A DNA stretch of 64,000 nt from Setoptus koraiensis (Eukaryota > Animalia > Arthropoda). This document shows positions 1 to 13,300 of this stretch, piece by piece (positions within the stretch are counted from its first letter, which is position 1; the number at the start of each line of letters is the position of its first letter). Below the pieces are notes generated by a model that saw only the letters and a list, made by a program, of their open reading frames with translations, ran no database searches and was not told the origin of the DNA. The DNA lies in assembly GCA_048013815.1 (NCBI GenBank), contig CM106586.1:13640001-13704000 (forward strand), given 5' to 3'. The position numbers and the translations under genes are program-made.

Positions 1-868
1 TCCAGCTCATTTCACCAGCTCATGTATAATATTCGTTCCACCTGATCTCACCTGATTCCAGCTGGTCACAGGTATATACTGTACTATTGCACGCCCAATG
101 AATTCAGCCATTTGTTTTTATCTGAATTTTGCTGGCTTCTGATTAATCGACCATGAACGTGTGTCTCTTTATTTCTAACTCGCTTGGTGTCTGTGAGAAT
201 CATGCCCGAGACAATGAGAGATTAAACTCGCTCTCACAGGTCATCTAGTTGCCGCCATCAGTCTAGTGCGCCATCAGTGCTAAACTGGGAATTATTTATA
301 TATTTCATCATGATAATATTAGCGATAGCACACAGATAGAGAGACGTAATGTCCACACACTGTGGAGCGACATTTAGATCCATCACCTCTGGTGTGCTTA
401 GAATCGCTGGCAGGGGGAGCTGGCGGAGCAGATCAACAACAATCGATAGTCATCAACGAAGCGCCCCCTTGCAAGACATACACGTTTGTGGGTCCAGTTT
501 GCGCGTCCTGGGCGCAGCTAGGCGATAGTTGAAAAAACAAAACGACAACTGTGAGTCGTGTGGGCCGCGATCCGCGGGCCCCAAAAGAATATTAAATCTA
601 TCTGAGCATGATGACTATGCAAGTTTGTCTTGTCAATGCAACAAACTGGCATCTCGGCCATGCAACAGTAACAGCAACGCCAACAAATTTCTTGTATTTG
701 TGTTGTTTGCCAGTGGGCAGCGAGTTTCGAGTTGCCAGTTGCGAGCAACGAACAGCAAAAAGGAGACATCATCAATCAAACAACTACTTGCTTCATATCA
801 AAAGTAACGGGCTCGGCACCCAATCATCTGATATTTATGAGATAGCTGCACTCGCTCGCTATCATTTA

Positions 869-925
869 TCTGCTTACAAGCTCGCTGGCTGGCCCAGCAA
901 GCTAGCCAGCGAGCTTGTAAGCGGG
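869..925 (+). ncRNA. Candidate pre-miRNA/hairpin RNA
   Basis: 19-bp perfect inverted repeat (872-890/904-922) extending to a ~25-bp stem with G-U pairs and a 7-nt loop on the + strand. No expression evidence and no known miRNA recognised. Confidence 0.25.
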
Positions 926-2290
926 CTCGCCGAGAGGGGCGCTTCTAACGAGCCTCTTCTGGCTGGTTGGACGGGCGCGACACACACACACAATATGTAG
1001 AAACAACAAGGCAACAATGTACAAGTGCAACCAACAACAACACCTATCATCTCACACACTTATCGAATCTTATCTAGGGGTTATACATTCCGCCGACCTT
1101 AACTTGGCCAGCGACTAACACAAAACTACAAGTGGGCCCCACTCTGCCCCCGCGCCGCCTCTTACCTGGGAATAGCGGCAAGATAATCGATTTGCAAGAC
1201 GCTGACGGTGCCGACGGTGATTCGACAATGGCCCACGAGAAGCCCCACGAATGCTGAGCTCGGTTCACAGTGATACGAGCCCATTTGCACCGGTGCATTC
1301 GTTTGTTTACAGCGGCCCCAGCGTTTATTCACAATTTGGCTGCTAGCGTTTAGCGCATTAGCGTTGCTGGTTGGTTGCAATATTTCGGCTCGCCACCTCG
1401 CTCATAGAAAAGTTATGAGTTGAGGCCGCTTGCCACTCAAAACCCGTTTCGCTAGCGACCAGATTAAATGAAATTCTCGCCACTTTGCCCCCGCGTGACA
1501 AGCCATCAAGCGCCATTATTCAATATATCACCATGTATGGCCGATATGACATGATGCGATGCATGGCAAACCTAAAACGAGATCCGAGCTGATTCGTGTC
1601 GTCTTCGATTCGCGTGATACGCACCGCATATCAGCAACGTGTTTCATCGGTGGCCGCTTGCCAGCAAACACGTACAAGTTGCGTGGTGGACTGTTCTCAT
1701 TTTCATGAATACGACGCCACGAGCTGGAGTTTGTCTTGTTTGTGGGCCGTGTGCTCAATTTGGTATTTGTGTATGTTGGCTTCGGTCACTGGATAGCCGT
1801 GGAATTTGCAAGGCTTTCGACAGGCGCGACAAGTTTGCGCGCATTTGTGCATCAAACAGAATAAAAAGAATCGTGGGGCCAATAGCGGCCAAAAGCCGCT
1901 GTCTGGCGAGCCGCAAAAATCAACGGAAACGCTCATTATGGCGTTTCCCGTTGAGAGTGACAGCAAAGAATTATTATTGTTATTTGCAGTACAAGTGACC
2001 GTAGCGATCATAGCCCATGATCGTAGCCTATGATTCGTAGGCCAGCGCCAGAGATTTCGATGTTGAGCCTCGGCCACCTAGCGACACTTTTGATTGACGC
2101 CTCCTGGACCAGAAGTGTCCACAAGTGAGCCGGAGCGCCCAGCGACGCTGACAGCCGGAAAACGATATTTTCGCCCAAAAAGACACATGTCGCGCATGCT
2201 GAGGTGTTGCGGATAGCTGGACTTTTCAGCAATTATTTCGCAGCATGCTACTACCAGCGAGATGGAAAAAATGTAAATGCGAGAGTAGAG

Positions 2291-2380
2291 ATGCGGAAAA
2301 GTGCGAAAAAATGCGAAGGAGTGCGAGAAGATGCGAAAAAGTGCGAGGAAATGCGAAAAAGTGCGATAAAATGGGATAAA
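2291..2380. repeat. 10-bp minisatellite RTGCGAAAAA x9
   Basis: Units start every 10 bp from 2291, alternating ATG/GTG. Confidence 0.9.
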
Positions 2381-2479
2381 AACAAAGCTTCAACGAGCTG
2401 ATATGGGTGGCAGCACGAACGCGTGCCATTCATTATCGCATTGCTTGCATTCATTGAAGGCGAATCTGGTGCGACTTAC

Positions 2480-2543
2480 CATATATTCTGATTTCTCCTT
2501 GCTGATCAACTAGCACAATGGCGTAACCTTTGATATCGCTCAT
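2480..2543 (-). CDS. Candidate first coding exon (MSDIKGYAIVLVDQQGEIRIY|) of an unrecognised minus-strand gene running off the left edge
   Basis: ATG at 2543, 21 protein-like codons, then G|GTAAGT donor. No homologue recognised and no convincing next exon found. Confidence 0.25.
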
Positions 2544-2565
2544 TACGGAGATGATTTACAGCTAA

Positions 2566-2613
2566 CGGTGTCGGTGTTGTCGGTGTCGTCGGTGTTGTCG
2601 GTGTTGTCGGTGT
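2566..2613. repeat. 9-bp tandem repeat (GTCGGTGTT) ~x5
   Basis: Read directly from the sequence. Confidence 0.85.
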
Positions 2614-3759
2614 GCACGAGCAACTGGCAAGCGATTGTGTGTTGGCGCCAAAAGAGAGCGATGAGATAATTATTGAATAATATTTTCTCAGCCTTGCTAA
2701 CACTGTGCTTTGTTATCTTTTGTCGTTGCTGCACAAAGTTTCGTCTTCCGCTTGTTTGGCCAGTATGAGTGGTACCTAATTAGCAACCTAGTGAGCGCCT
2801 CAGGAGTGTCCAGCTAATGGCCTGGCTGTTAGACAGCCAGACAGAGATAGAGAGGGAGAGGGAGAGAAACAAGAATTGATCAATGGTCAGCAACATGACA
2901 ATTTATTGACACAAAAACCGTTATTAGTTTCAATGGATATATAACGTTATTAGATAGATATATTTAGCCAGGCTCGTGTGGGTTATTCGTGCGTATTCAA
3001 GTGAGACTAGAGCCCCCATTTCTGTTATAACAACACGCAGCCAGATATAACAACAACGCATTGATTGACAACAGTGCATTGAGCCACGCTTGGCCTCATT
3101 ATAGCCAGTTAGTTTTGCATGGTGTTTTGCCGGTATACATATATATACTGCCACTACTGCTACTGATATCGTAGGTCGTAGTAGTTTATGCAAGTATATA
3201 TAAATAAATATATATTTCAGTATAAGTGCATGCTCGATTGTACAGATTAAATCGATTGGGGCCACATTGGAGACTGCTGTTGGCCGGTCGGCGCCGGTCA
3301 GTGGCTGCCAGCAGAAATGGCGCCCAAACTAGGCGCCGAATGAGGCCTGAAAGGGGCACGTATCACGCTATTGCGTAATACACGTTGCATTGGGCGTATT
3401 TAGTAGGATCGCATTCGGTGGATAGCTCATTGATTGCGGAGCTAGCTGTTGTCGCTGGCCAGGCGGTTGGGGCCCACGCTTTAAAATGGCGGGCGCACAC
3501 TCGGAACTCGTGTGAGTCTGCCATTCCAAGTGTGAGTGTGTGTGTGTGTGTTGTCAATAAGCCGGACACAATTCCGTTGGCGTTTGGGTAATTTCGAAGG
3601 GGCTCGTTTAGGCCACTGGAGTGGCGTGCATTTATTACACTTATTACACGAACTGGCACTGGACTGCAACGGCTGGCCAGAGACTGAAAAGTCAATAATG
3701 CGCATCAGCCCGTTCGTGCACCTCGGCTACTAAATGAACTGGCGTCAGCATCGGCGCCA

Positions 3760-3870
3760 CCAACAACAACGGCAACAGCAGCGACAACAACAACGGCAAC
3801 AACAACAGCGACAGCAACAATAACAGCAACAACAACAGCCAACAGCCAACAGCAACAACAACTGGCAGCA
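3760..3870. repeat. Degenerate (CAA/CAG) microsatellite
   Basis: Interrupted CAA/CAG/CGG triplets; the poly-Q frame contains TAA. Confidence 0.85.
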
Positions 3871-6800
3871 GCGGCACTCGATCGGGGTCGTGTTAGCTGG
3901 TGGACAAGTGGATGGCAAGCGAGTCGTGTGCAAACAACTGCTACTACTTATGCAAAACAGACTACAACAACAACAACAACAACGGCAACACAAACAACAA
4001 CATCAACACCAACACATTACACGCAACACTGTGTTGTGTAATACGAAACACTTTTTTGCCCGTTACGCAAGCTTGACACTATCTTGCAACTTGACCACAC
4101 TCATTCTGAGCACACTCTCGAAGGCATGTCAATGAATTGTTTGGCTCGCTCGGTGAATTGGCTGGCCAACTTGACAAGTGCAACAACACGAGCACAAGTG
4201 CCGGTTGTTGTTTGAGCAGCTCCAACGCATTTCGCTCATTTGAATACTGGCCGGACAATTGGGCATCGTTGCATGACAAAGCTGCCCACAATCCGCTATC
4301 CAGCTGACAATGCCACCGACGAGCCGACTGACGAGCCGACTGATGGCGAGAGCAAACGATTGTCGGACACACGAGACCCGAATGCCACAATTGTCACCAA
4401 TCAATCAATGCGCAACGGCACACAATACGGCCACCTAGCGACCACAATTGGCCGCCGGCATTCTATTGGCATTCTGTTGGCGCCTCTATTCACTAAATTG
4501 GCGCCTCTATTGGCTAAATTGGCGACAAACTTTGCCAATTGTCAATTGGTCACCAGCTGTCACAAGCGCAACAAAATGACAGCTAAACAGCTGTCACGCA
4601 CTCCTCTGTCGTGGCCAGTGTCGAGACAGGTAAATTGGCCGAAATTCTTTCGCTCTGATCGTCAAAGTTTCATTTCGGCCATTTCGACGCAACATTCATC
4701 TAAACAACAACCTATCGATGATATACTCACCTGTCAATTAATGGAGGCCCGCACAATTGTGTGCGACGATCAGCTTGCCATCGATGGCTTCATTCACGTG
4801 GCTGGCCCTCTCGTGGCGATTGTGAGCGTGTCTCATTGGTGTTGCTGTCACGACAATGTTGGTTGCGCCACAGTTGACAGACTGCTGGCGATTATGTGAG
4901 TTGATTATGTAACGTAATAATATCGCGAATGTCAGCGCGCTGAACGAAGCATCGCAACAATAACAATTTGAACGATTTGAATTTTGTGACTAGTGGCACT
5001 TTGTTTTATCCAGTGAGTTAATAATTGGTTTGTGTGACGAGTGAGCAGATATAATAATGCACAGGTATGTGATCTATTACGTTGTATTATGCCGATTTTT
5101 ATGGAGGTTGCAGCCGAATTGGTGCAAACACGCTAATGCACTGTTGTGGCGCAGTTGTTGTTTTCGCAATCGCAAACAGAAGATAAATGAAAAACAAATG
5201 CAACGAATGCAACGACGATTCGATGAGCGACACACCAGAGAGCACTGTCAAAGAGAAACTGTCAAAAGGATTATCTGTTCGCGAGTGAGCACTGCCTACG
5301 TGGGGCCCCACCGTGGATAAACCACGAGCGCGCCGACAGCGCATTTCTCTGGCAATTATTGGCACGTTTAACGCTTACCAGCACGCTAATTCGCGCCTGC
5401 GCCCCAACCGACCACGGGTTCGTTCTCTCGTTGTGTTTGCGGTAACTCACGCATGGGCAAACAAAGCCGGCCCGGCCCGGCCCGGCGCGCTGCCGAGTCG
5501 CGCTAACTAGCGCGCCGGGCCGCTGGCTCGAAATTGTATCAAAACAACGAGGCGCCAGCTGCTCTCTGGCCGGCTGTTAATGAAACAAACACTGGTATTT
5601 GCCAAGTCGAAATGGGGCCCCATTTGCAATTGAACGGCCCAAACATTCGGGCAGCCAAATATGTAGTCGCGTGGGCTGCGTAGCGTCTAGTTATAATTTT
5701 AGCAGTCGATGGTCATATCTGACAAGTTACGCAATGACAAACTCAACAGTGGCTGCATGATGCAAATCAACGCGACGGCCTGTCGCGGGCAAACAACGGC
5801 CGCCGGCCCCACGCGCGGGACCCACAAACAAACGTCGCGACTGCAAATAACGGCGTGACTTTATTTCAATCTCGATAACTTTGTTACTGTTGGCGGCAAC
5901 AAGGTCAGTGAGTCAGCCAGAGTGAGTCATGATCCGGCAGCTCGTGATTTGGCAACTATATGGGCTAAATCACGGCGAATAGATTACATCTAGTCATATA
6001 TAGATAGATAGATAAGTCTAGTCTATCATATGCTGCGATCTCTTTACATAACCATTATCAGCTGTAATAACCGTTTCAAACTGTCAACACACCGCCAGTG
6101 GGTGCCAGCCACCAGGGGGCTATTGCTGGCTGTGCAAGTGCAATTGTGTCATTGGGTTGCCGCTGGCTGTTTTAATTATTTGAAAGCAGCAACAACGAGC
6201 CGGCCTCGTTTATCTGACATTCAATTTCCATTTCACCGGCGCATTGCATAGAAATTCGCATAGAATGGCTGCGCGATGAACTCTGCAAACTCTAATGCTT
6301 TGTTTTTTCTTTGCCTGCCAAACGAAGGGGGGGAGAAGCTACTACACACTAATTGGCACCACACAGCCTCCGCTTGCCAGCCAAGCCAGAGGCAAGAAAA
6401 AAGGGGCCACGAAAATGCCTCTCAACGCCGCCAGCTGAATGGTGATGCTCGATCAATTATCCGCATCAATTGCTCTCCGAGGGGCCCCAGCTCACAGTTT
6501 GGTTGCCTGTGTGCCGGCAACTTTGGCTCGCTCATCCCACTCGACTGGATGCAGCCCGGCCCGGCCCGGCGCTTGTATTAATGGGCGTTGTTGAACACGC
6601 TTTAAGCTCTCATTTCAACTAGCAGCCTCCGACTTGCCAACTGACTAGCTGCGACTTCAGCGATTTACAATATTGCAAATTGCAACAAACCATACAAATA
6701 AACGCATTCGCCTGTCAGTGGCAAGCAAAAAAAAAACCAAATGAAAAGTGAAAAACGTTGCCACCGCAACTCATTAGAGCTGGCCCCTGGATAAGCTAAT

Positions 6801-7430
6801 GACAAGACGACACACGATTATGTTTACAGACAAAATACACTCAACAGTCAGCTGGGCCCCCGGTACCTGAAAATTGAAAATTTATAGTTATTGGTGTCGT
6901 GCCAGTGGCAAGCAGCGAAACTACTTGGGACCACTAATCCCTTCTTAATCTCAAACCCTTCACCCTGAACTGTCTAGCAAATTTTGATGTCATAGTCAAA
7001 GCGATAAACTAGTGCAGCTAATATTGGAGGCCAATCGCCCAGTGAGACGCCACGAGTTTTAGGCGGGGGCCAATTTTAACAATCGAAATTTTAGTTGACT
7101 TTCTTGAGCCTGTGCGGCCTTATTCTGGCGAAGAATTGCTGGGTTGGGAATTTGAGTTCACTCGGTTGTATAATGAAGGTTGCGTATTATACATATACTG
7201 TGGTGATCGAGGGGCCTCTTACTTTTGTTTTGTGTGTCATTATTATCGCTATTTACGATACGATGGTCGATATCTAGCTTGGTATGAGCACGGCGACTAA
7301 AGTTATACTGAAAGATGGACGCTACGAGTGTGATAAAGAGATGATGATGCCAAATAGATGTGGGTGTGTGCTGCAAATTAATGCACAACTTGTATGCAGT
7401 TTGAGTGAGATTTCGATGGACAATTAGTCA

Positions 7431-7633
<203 letters not shown>

Positions 7634-10258
7634 CAATCACTATGGCAACCAGGCTGCACGGGCCCGTCGGTGTGTGCCGGCCGAAAGTTGATGATCTGTC
7701 TATGATTATTAAAGATTCCATCTGTTTGCGCGGCGAGCTCACGCTGTTACGTAACATATTTCCATTATATTGATTATTGCCTCTGTTGTTGCTTTTCTAT
7801 TAACTCTGACCTTATGTTCTAGCTATAAACGCACACGCGCAGCACGCGTCAGGTTAATGACCATAACTTTGGGGTTGCTAGGCACACGGATAAATAGCGA
7901 CAGTAATGATAGTTTCAGCTGGCAAAAGTGCTAAACTTGGCCTCACTGCTCTCCCAGAGTCTTATCCAGCGTTTGCTCTGTTTCTGTTCACTCAACTTGC
8001 TTTTTCGAGTCCTTTTTCACTGTCCACGGGGCCAGTGAAAGAGGCGACGAATTTGAACACAGCGCGAGAAAGAGAAAAACAGTGGCCCAAAGGGGGCCAA
8101 AAGAAGAAAAGTGGCCCCATTGAGCCTTTCCACTTTTGCCAGCCCGCCCGGCCGGCGTCAGGTAACACCGGCCAGCGTGAACAGCTCTAGCGGCAAATGC
8201 TCTCTTGTCTGTCCAATATACCGAAAGGCTTTTGTCTAACAAAAAAAAAAGTATATAAATGTATATCTTTGCAACGTCTCAAAAGGCAGCTCACAAGGTG
8301 AGCGGCAACAAAATGAATAGTTACTAGTGACCGAAGCAGAGTGGCTCCTCTTTCAAGCGAGCTGCCCCCTGCCCCCTGCCACAGACAAACAGACTGCCGG
8401 ACGAACGGACAAACAAACGAACAAACAAACAGCGTATATAATCACCAGATTATATACGCCAGATATATATCGTATCCATCATATAAGAGCACCAAAAGTA
8501 CAGCAACTTTTGGCCACTCTCAGGCGCACTTTTGGGCCTGCCTGCCTGCCTTTTGTACTCTTCTCGGGCCTCTTGCCTCTGTTGGCCCCAGCATCGATGC
8601 ATTATTTACAGTTATGTTGCAATAGTTTGGACAGACAGTGTGCAGTGGGGCCCATCTACATGCCGGCACATTGTCGAGGCTACCGTCGTCTCAATGTTTG
8701 GCCGAAATAGCGCACTTTTAGTGAAAACATTGCCACTAATGTCCATTTGAGTGATGACCGTCAGCCGTACGTATGCAGCCAAGACTTGACTCGACACTGC
8801 TGCTCAACCTCTGGCTACTGTCGTTGTTTTTTGCCAGCGCCAACGTTGATGCCTCGCCAATGTATCTAGTCACAATATAAACTCTCTCACAAAAACTAGT
8901 TCAAGTCGCCGCCTGGCCCCATCTCGAATTTCACTCCATTTGCTTTATGAGTCATGAGTGGTCAGTGCAACAGTCACGCACAAACACACCATACACACAC
9001 TTTTCTGGCCACTTTTCTGGCCATGTCCGACATTTTGGCACCAGGTTGGCAGGTTTCCGTTGTCAGCGTCAGGTCCAACAAACAAAACTCAACACGCCAA
9101 CAGGAACAAAACGGCTAATGATAATTTATTATTATCATTATTATTAGTTCCACTCCGATTATCATCGGCCGGTATGAGTATGTTTGTATGAATTCAATCT
9201 AGCTGTTGTTTGTGTCCGCGCCCAACTGCGCGCTTCTCCTGACCGCTGAAATCATCAACGCACTTTTTGAGGCCAACCCAACTTGGCCCATTGAATAGCC
9301 AAATATATATCTCTCTATCCTCATTTTGTCGCCTTTATTGCAAGCAGCATCGCACAAACTGACAATTTTTGCCGACGCCAGGGCACCGGGCCGAAAATAG
9401 AGCGTATGTTGCGCGCGATCTACCCAATGAGCCACACAAGTGATAATGTATTCGCAATTATCAATTTTGCTCCCCCTCACCGGACTGGACAATAGATAGC
9501 AAATCGTGACATGTTCAAGATCCGAATTTCATCTGTTAGCCTCGTCGAGCTTCGTCAAACGCGGCCATTTAACCAGCGTTTCGGCACAACGAGTTGATTG
9601 TCGAGCAATCGGTCCGCCCCCGAAAAGAGACTAGTCAAACTTATGCCGCCATACCGAGACAATCAAATAGATAGCCTTTCAAATCCGTGGATCAGATGGA
9701 TGCACAAATGTGCCGTTGAGATTTGGTGTCCGAAAATTTTTCACTTTCATTCTACACAAATCATGAGTGGAAAAAGGCGGTTTTGATTGAATTTCGGGTG
9801 AACCTGCCATAACTTCACATGAAAAATGATCCAGCATTTGCAGGTATTTGCCCTTTTCAGCTCGAAAGCTTGTTTTGGAAACGTACAGGCCAACCAAAAA
9901 ATAACGCCACGCGGTATTACTGTATGGAAATCCAAGGTTTTTCACGCACACAAGCACGGCGAAAAATACCGTGAAGATGTGAAAAAACGGATTCGAAATT
10001 CATGCCCAAAAAATTATCTCAATATATTGGAGTGCCTGCTCATTGTTTGGAGTTTTTTGTTTTCATTTTTAATCTTGATGATTTTTGTTCTGCCGCTCAC
10101 TGAGCATTTTCATGATGAAGTTTGCAAGCTGCCGCAGAAAATGCGTGCCAGCGGAAATTATTTCTGCCAAGTTGAAAATTTGTTTGGGGCGCACGTTCGT
10201 TCAGGCCGAAATTTTTTCGGCCCTCGCTGCTGTTGTTTTAGAGAGAATTTTTTCGTTT

Positions 10259-10366
10259 GGAAATTTTTCGCTAGGGAATTTTTTCGCTAGGAAATTTTTT
10301 CGCTAGGAAATTTTTCGCTAGGAAATTTTTCGCTAGGAAATTTTTCGCTAGGAAATTTTTTCGCTA
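10259..10366. repeat. 15-16-bp tandem array GGAAATTTTT(T)CGCTA x7
   Basis: Seven units differing mainly in T-run length, with degenerate copies on both sides. Confidence 0.95.
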
Positions 10367-13300
10367 GCAAATTTTCCCGCGAATGGTTGCAACTGGCAGA
10401 GCGAGCTGGGCAGTTTACGTGAGCCGCGAACGCAGTGTATCTCGAATAGACACCGTGTGCGCGCCCCTTGTTGGTCTTAATAGAGTTGATCCCAGATTAG
10501 GCCGGGTCTGATTAGCGGCATTGCGAGGTGCACGGCGAGCGGCCGAGATCGATCCGATTGTGTGGGTGTGCCGGACAATAAAACGAACACTCAAGCAGGC
10601 TGGCTTCTGTTTGGCCTTGCCAAATTCTTTGCGGCTATCTGGGCGGCGCTATCTCATCTCGTCGTTTCATTTAATCGCGTCTCGTATCGTCTCGTCGGAA
10701 CACACACACACTCGACATGCTTCGGCACTCATTATGCCCACTTATTATCTGGGGTGCATGTGGGGCACGGGCTGGCCGGCTTGGCGACGGGCAGCGAGCA
10801 CGCGGGCGCATAGAGCACGCAAACACTGAAGGGTGCAAATCATCTAAATTTCATTAGCTTGCCGTCCGAATACTAGAGTCTAGAGAGCCGCGAATGGCCA
10901 CGTCCCGGTTGTTTGTGGGCGCTGCTGAGTCCGTCAGAAACGGAACAGCTCCATTGATGGCCGGACTCGACGACAGCGCTGGCACGACGCAACTGGGCCA
11001 ATTCTTCGCCGATGGCAACCAATGGTTAATGCCATTTGCATGGACCTCATTGCGTCGACCAACTCGGTCACTCGTCAGCCACTGCATCTCGCCCGGCCAA
11101 CTAAAGCCAGCCAGCTCGGCCAGCTTAATCTAGGCCTGGCTCAATACAATATTATCATTATATTCGCGACTGACCGCATCGCAATCGATCGCCCGACGCA
11201 ACACAAACGGACACTCGGCCGAAAGTTGTCTAGAGCAAACGGGCTACAAAAGCCAAGAGAAAATCGTGCAATCCAGCCAGGATAATACAGAAGAAGAAGA
11301 AGCAGTTCGAATAATTCCAGATAATCTCGGAAAAGTTTGCCGCGCGCTTCCACGACAAATCGGCCAGTCAATGGGCACAGGCGGGCGAGAAAAAGAGAAG
11401 CGACAAACACAGAGACAAGCAACTGTTTAAAGCATCGAGCGAGCGTCCTTGACGGGGCCCAGAAATATGATCTTGGCGCGGACAGATCGCCTGGCGCACC
11501 TATATCGGCAGTTGCGTCTGCCAAAAACGAACAAATCGGGGCCGATTGTTTGTTTTTGGTCGTTGTGGCGTTTGTTTGCAGTCGCTGGCCGCAAACAATC
11601 GACCGGCTAATCATGCTAGCCAGTGCGCCGGAGATTGTGCCAGCGCAGCGGCATAATGCACAGTGCAGTGGGGCGCCGGTCAAGGTAAAAATGGGCCCCG
11701 ACAGCCATATCTCGTACAAATATCTAACATGAGCAGATGGCGAAGAAAAAAAAAACTCTTGCTCACGGTGTGCAAGAATTTTCGTCCGTCACAGCCGATG
11801 ATTTGCTGTGTCACTGTGTGCTTGGGTTACAAATCAAGCGCGCTCCGGTTTCCAGAAAACGACTCTGTCAGTGTTATCTGGCCCACTAATAGGCCCTCTA
11901 ATGGCCGGCGAGTGGATAAATTTAATCTGCTGGGCCCGGCTGCATGACCGACCGCAACACACACAGATTAGCAATTTTCTTTTGTGACAGAGACAAGTGG
12001 TGGCCAGTAATTCAAGTGCAGTTTAAACAAGAGCGTGCGTCTCGTGAATTACAATGTGCCTCTATGATTTTGTTGCCAGTCGTCAATCGCCAGTGGCCAG
12101 TGGCGACTCGCGACTGGCCACTGGCGACAAGATTTCACACTTGACCAGTTCAGAAATCTCTCCTATTCGCACTTGTTCGCCACTGTTTCGTCACGGCCAG
12201 TCGTGTCGCAGTGACATCATTCACGCCGCCCGAAAACTGACCACTGCAGTTTTTTAATTTCGCCAAGCCAGTGACGCTCCTCATCACAACAATTTTGCAC
12301 AAAGGCCAATCCGGTCTGTGGTCTGCAGTAGTCTGGAAATGTTCTCATTGTTGCTCGATTGTTTGACCGGCTGCCAGATTGTTTGTTTGTCTGTCTGTTT
12401 GTTGGTTGGCGTCTTCTCGTGTCAAGTGCAACGCTATTGTTGCGCAACAACAGCGATAATTTGCGCAAACGTATCACTTGTCACTGGCCAACACCAAAAA
12501 CTACAAACTCTCGCTCTGTCGTATTCTACTTTCGTTCTGCTATAACTCGCGCCGCATTCCGTGCCAATTCTACTCTCATCACTTTCAATTTGTTTGAAAG
12601 CCTCTTTTTTCCTCTCTGTCGCTCCCTTCCTTTTCAGCTCTCACTCATAATGATGGCAAGCGACGGGAACAAACGAAAATGAAAATGAAAAGTGCGCCGC
12701 GTCAATTGTTGTCCAACTTGCCAAGATGCCGACTTCAACTCGCCAATGACAGCAATGATAATCCTGGATAATTCCGGCCACACGCCACTTTTGGCTCTCG
12801 TCATTGCGCCTTGCCGTCTGCCAGCTAGCACGTGACGTAACTAGCTGGACGGTCCAACTAGTGGTGAGATAGTTCTGGTTAAGTGTGGCTATGTGATATC
12901 GTCACTGCGGAATCAATTTGAGCTTGGCGACTGCCATTCAAGGACGCCAGTATCATAGCGCACGGCATAGAGGCATAAAACAGCAGTATTGTTGTTGGCA
13001 GCTCTCCCGACTAGACGTCTGATGTGTCATGATACCAGCACAAGTGCGTGAAGATTGTTACCGAAAATGAGAATGGCCAACAACCACTCGCAACGCAACA
13101 ACCAAATTGAATATCATGCACTAATCATCAGCCAGCGACTTACCTGGCCATTGTCAGGAGGCACGTCGTAGTCAGCTGATCGTAATCATGTCCTGCGTCT
13201 CGAACCTGCAAGGATCCTCTTTCTAGTCAACTGCAACCTGCCTTATAAACCGAGCGATAATACTTGATTAGTTTGTATATAACAATGCCTGCCTCTGTCA

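Noticed and set aside
4240-4899. 219-codon plus-strand ORF
   Set aside because: Non-ATG start, passes through 12- and 21-bp DNA repeats, no recognisable domain.
9850-9865. Histone 3' stem-loop-like GCCCTTTTCAG
   Set aside because: 3' arm does not pair and there is no histone ORF upstream.
10259-10366. CRISPR-like array
   Set aside because: Units are directly adjacent with no unique spacers, no cas genes, and the context is eukaryotic; the same applies to the other arrays.
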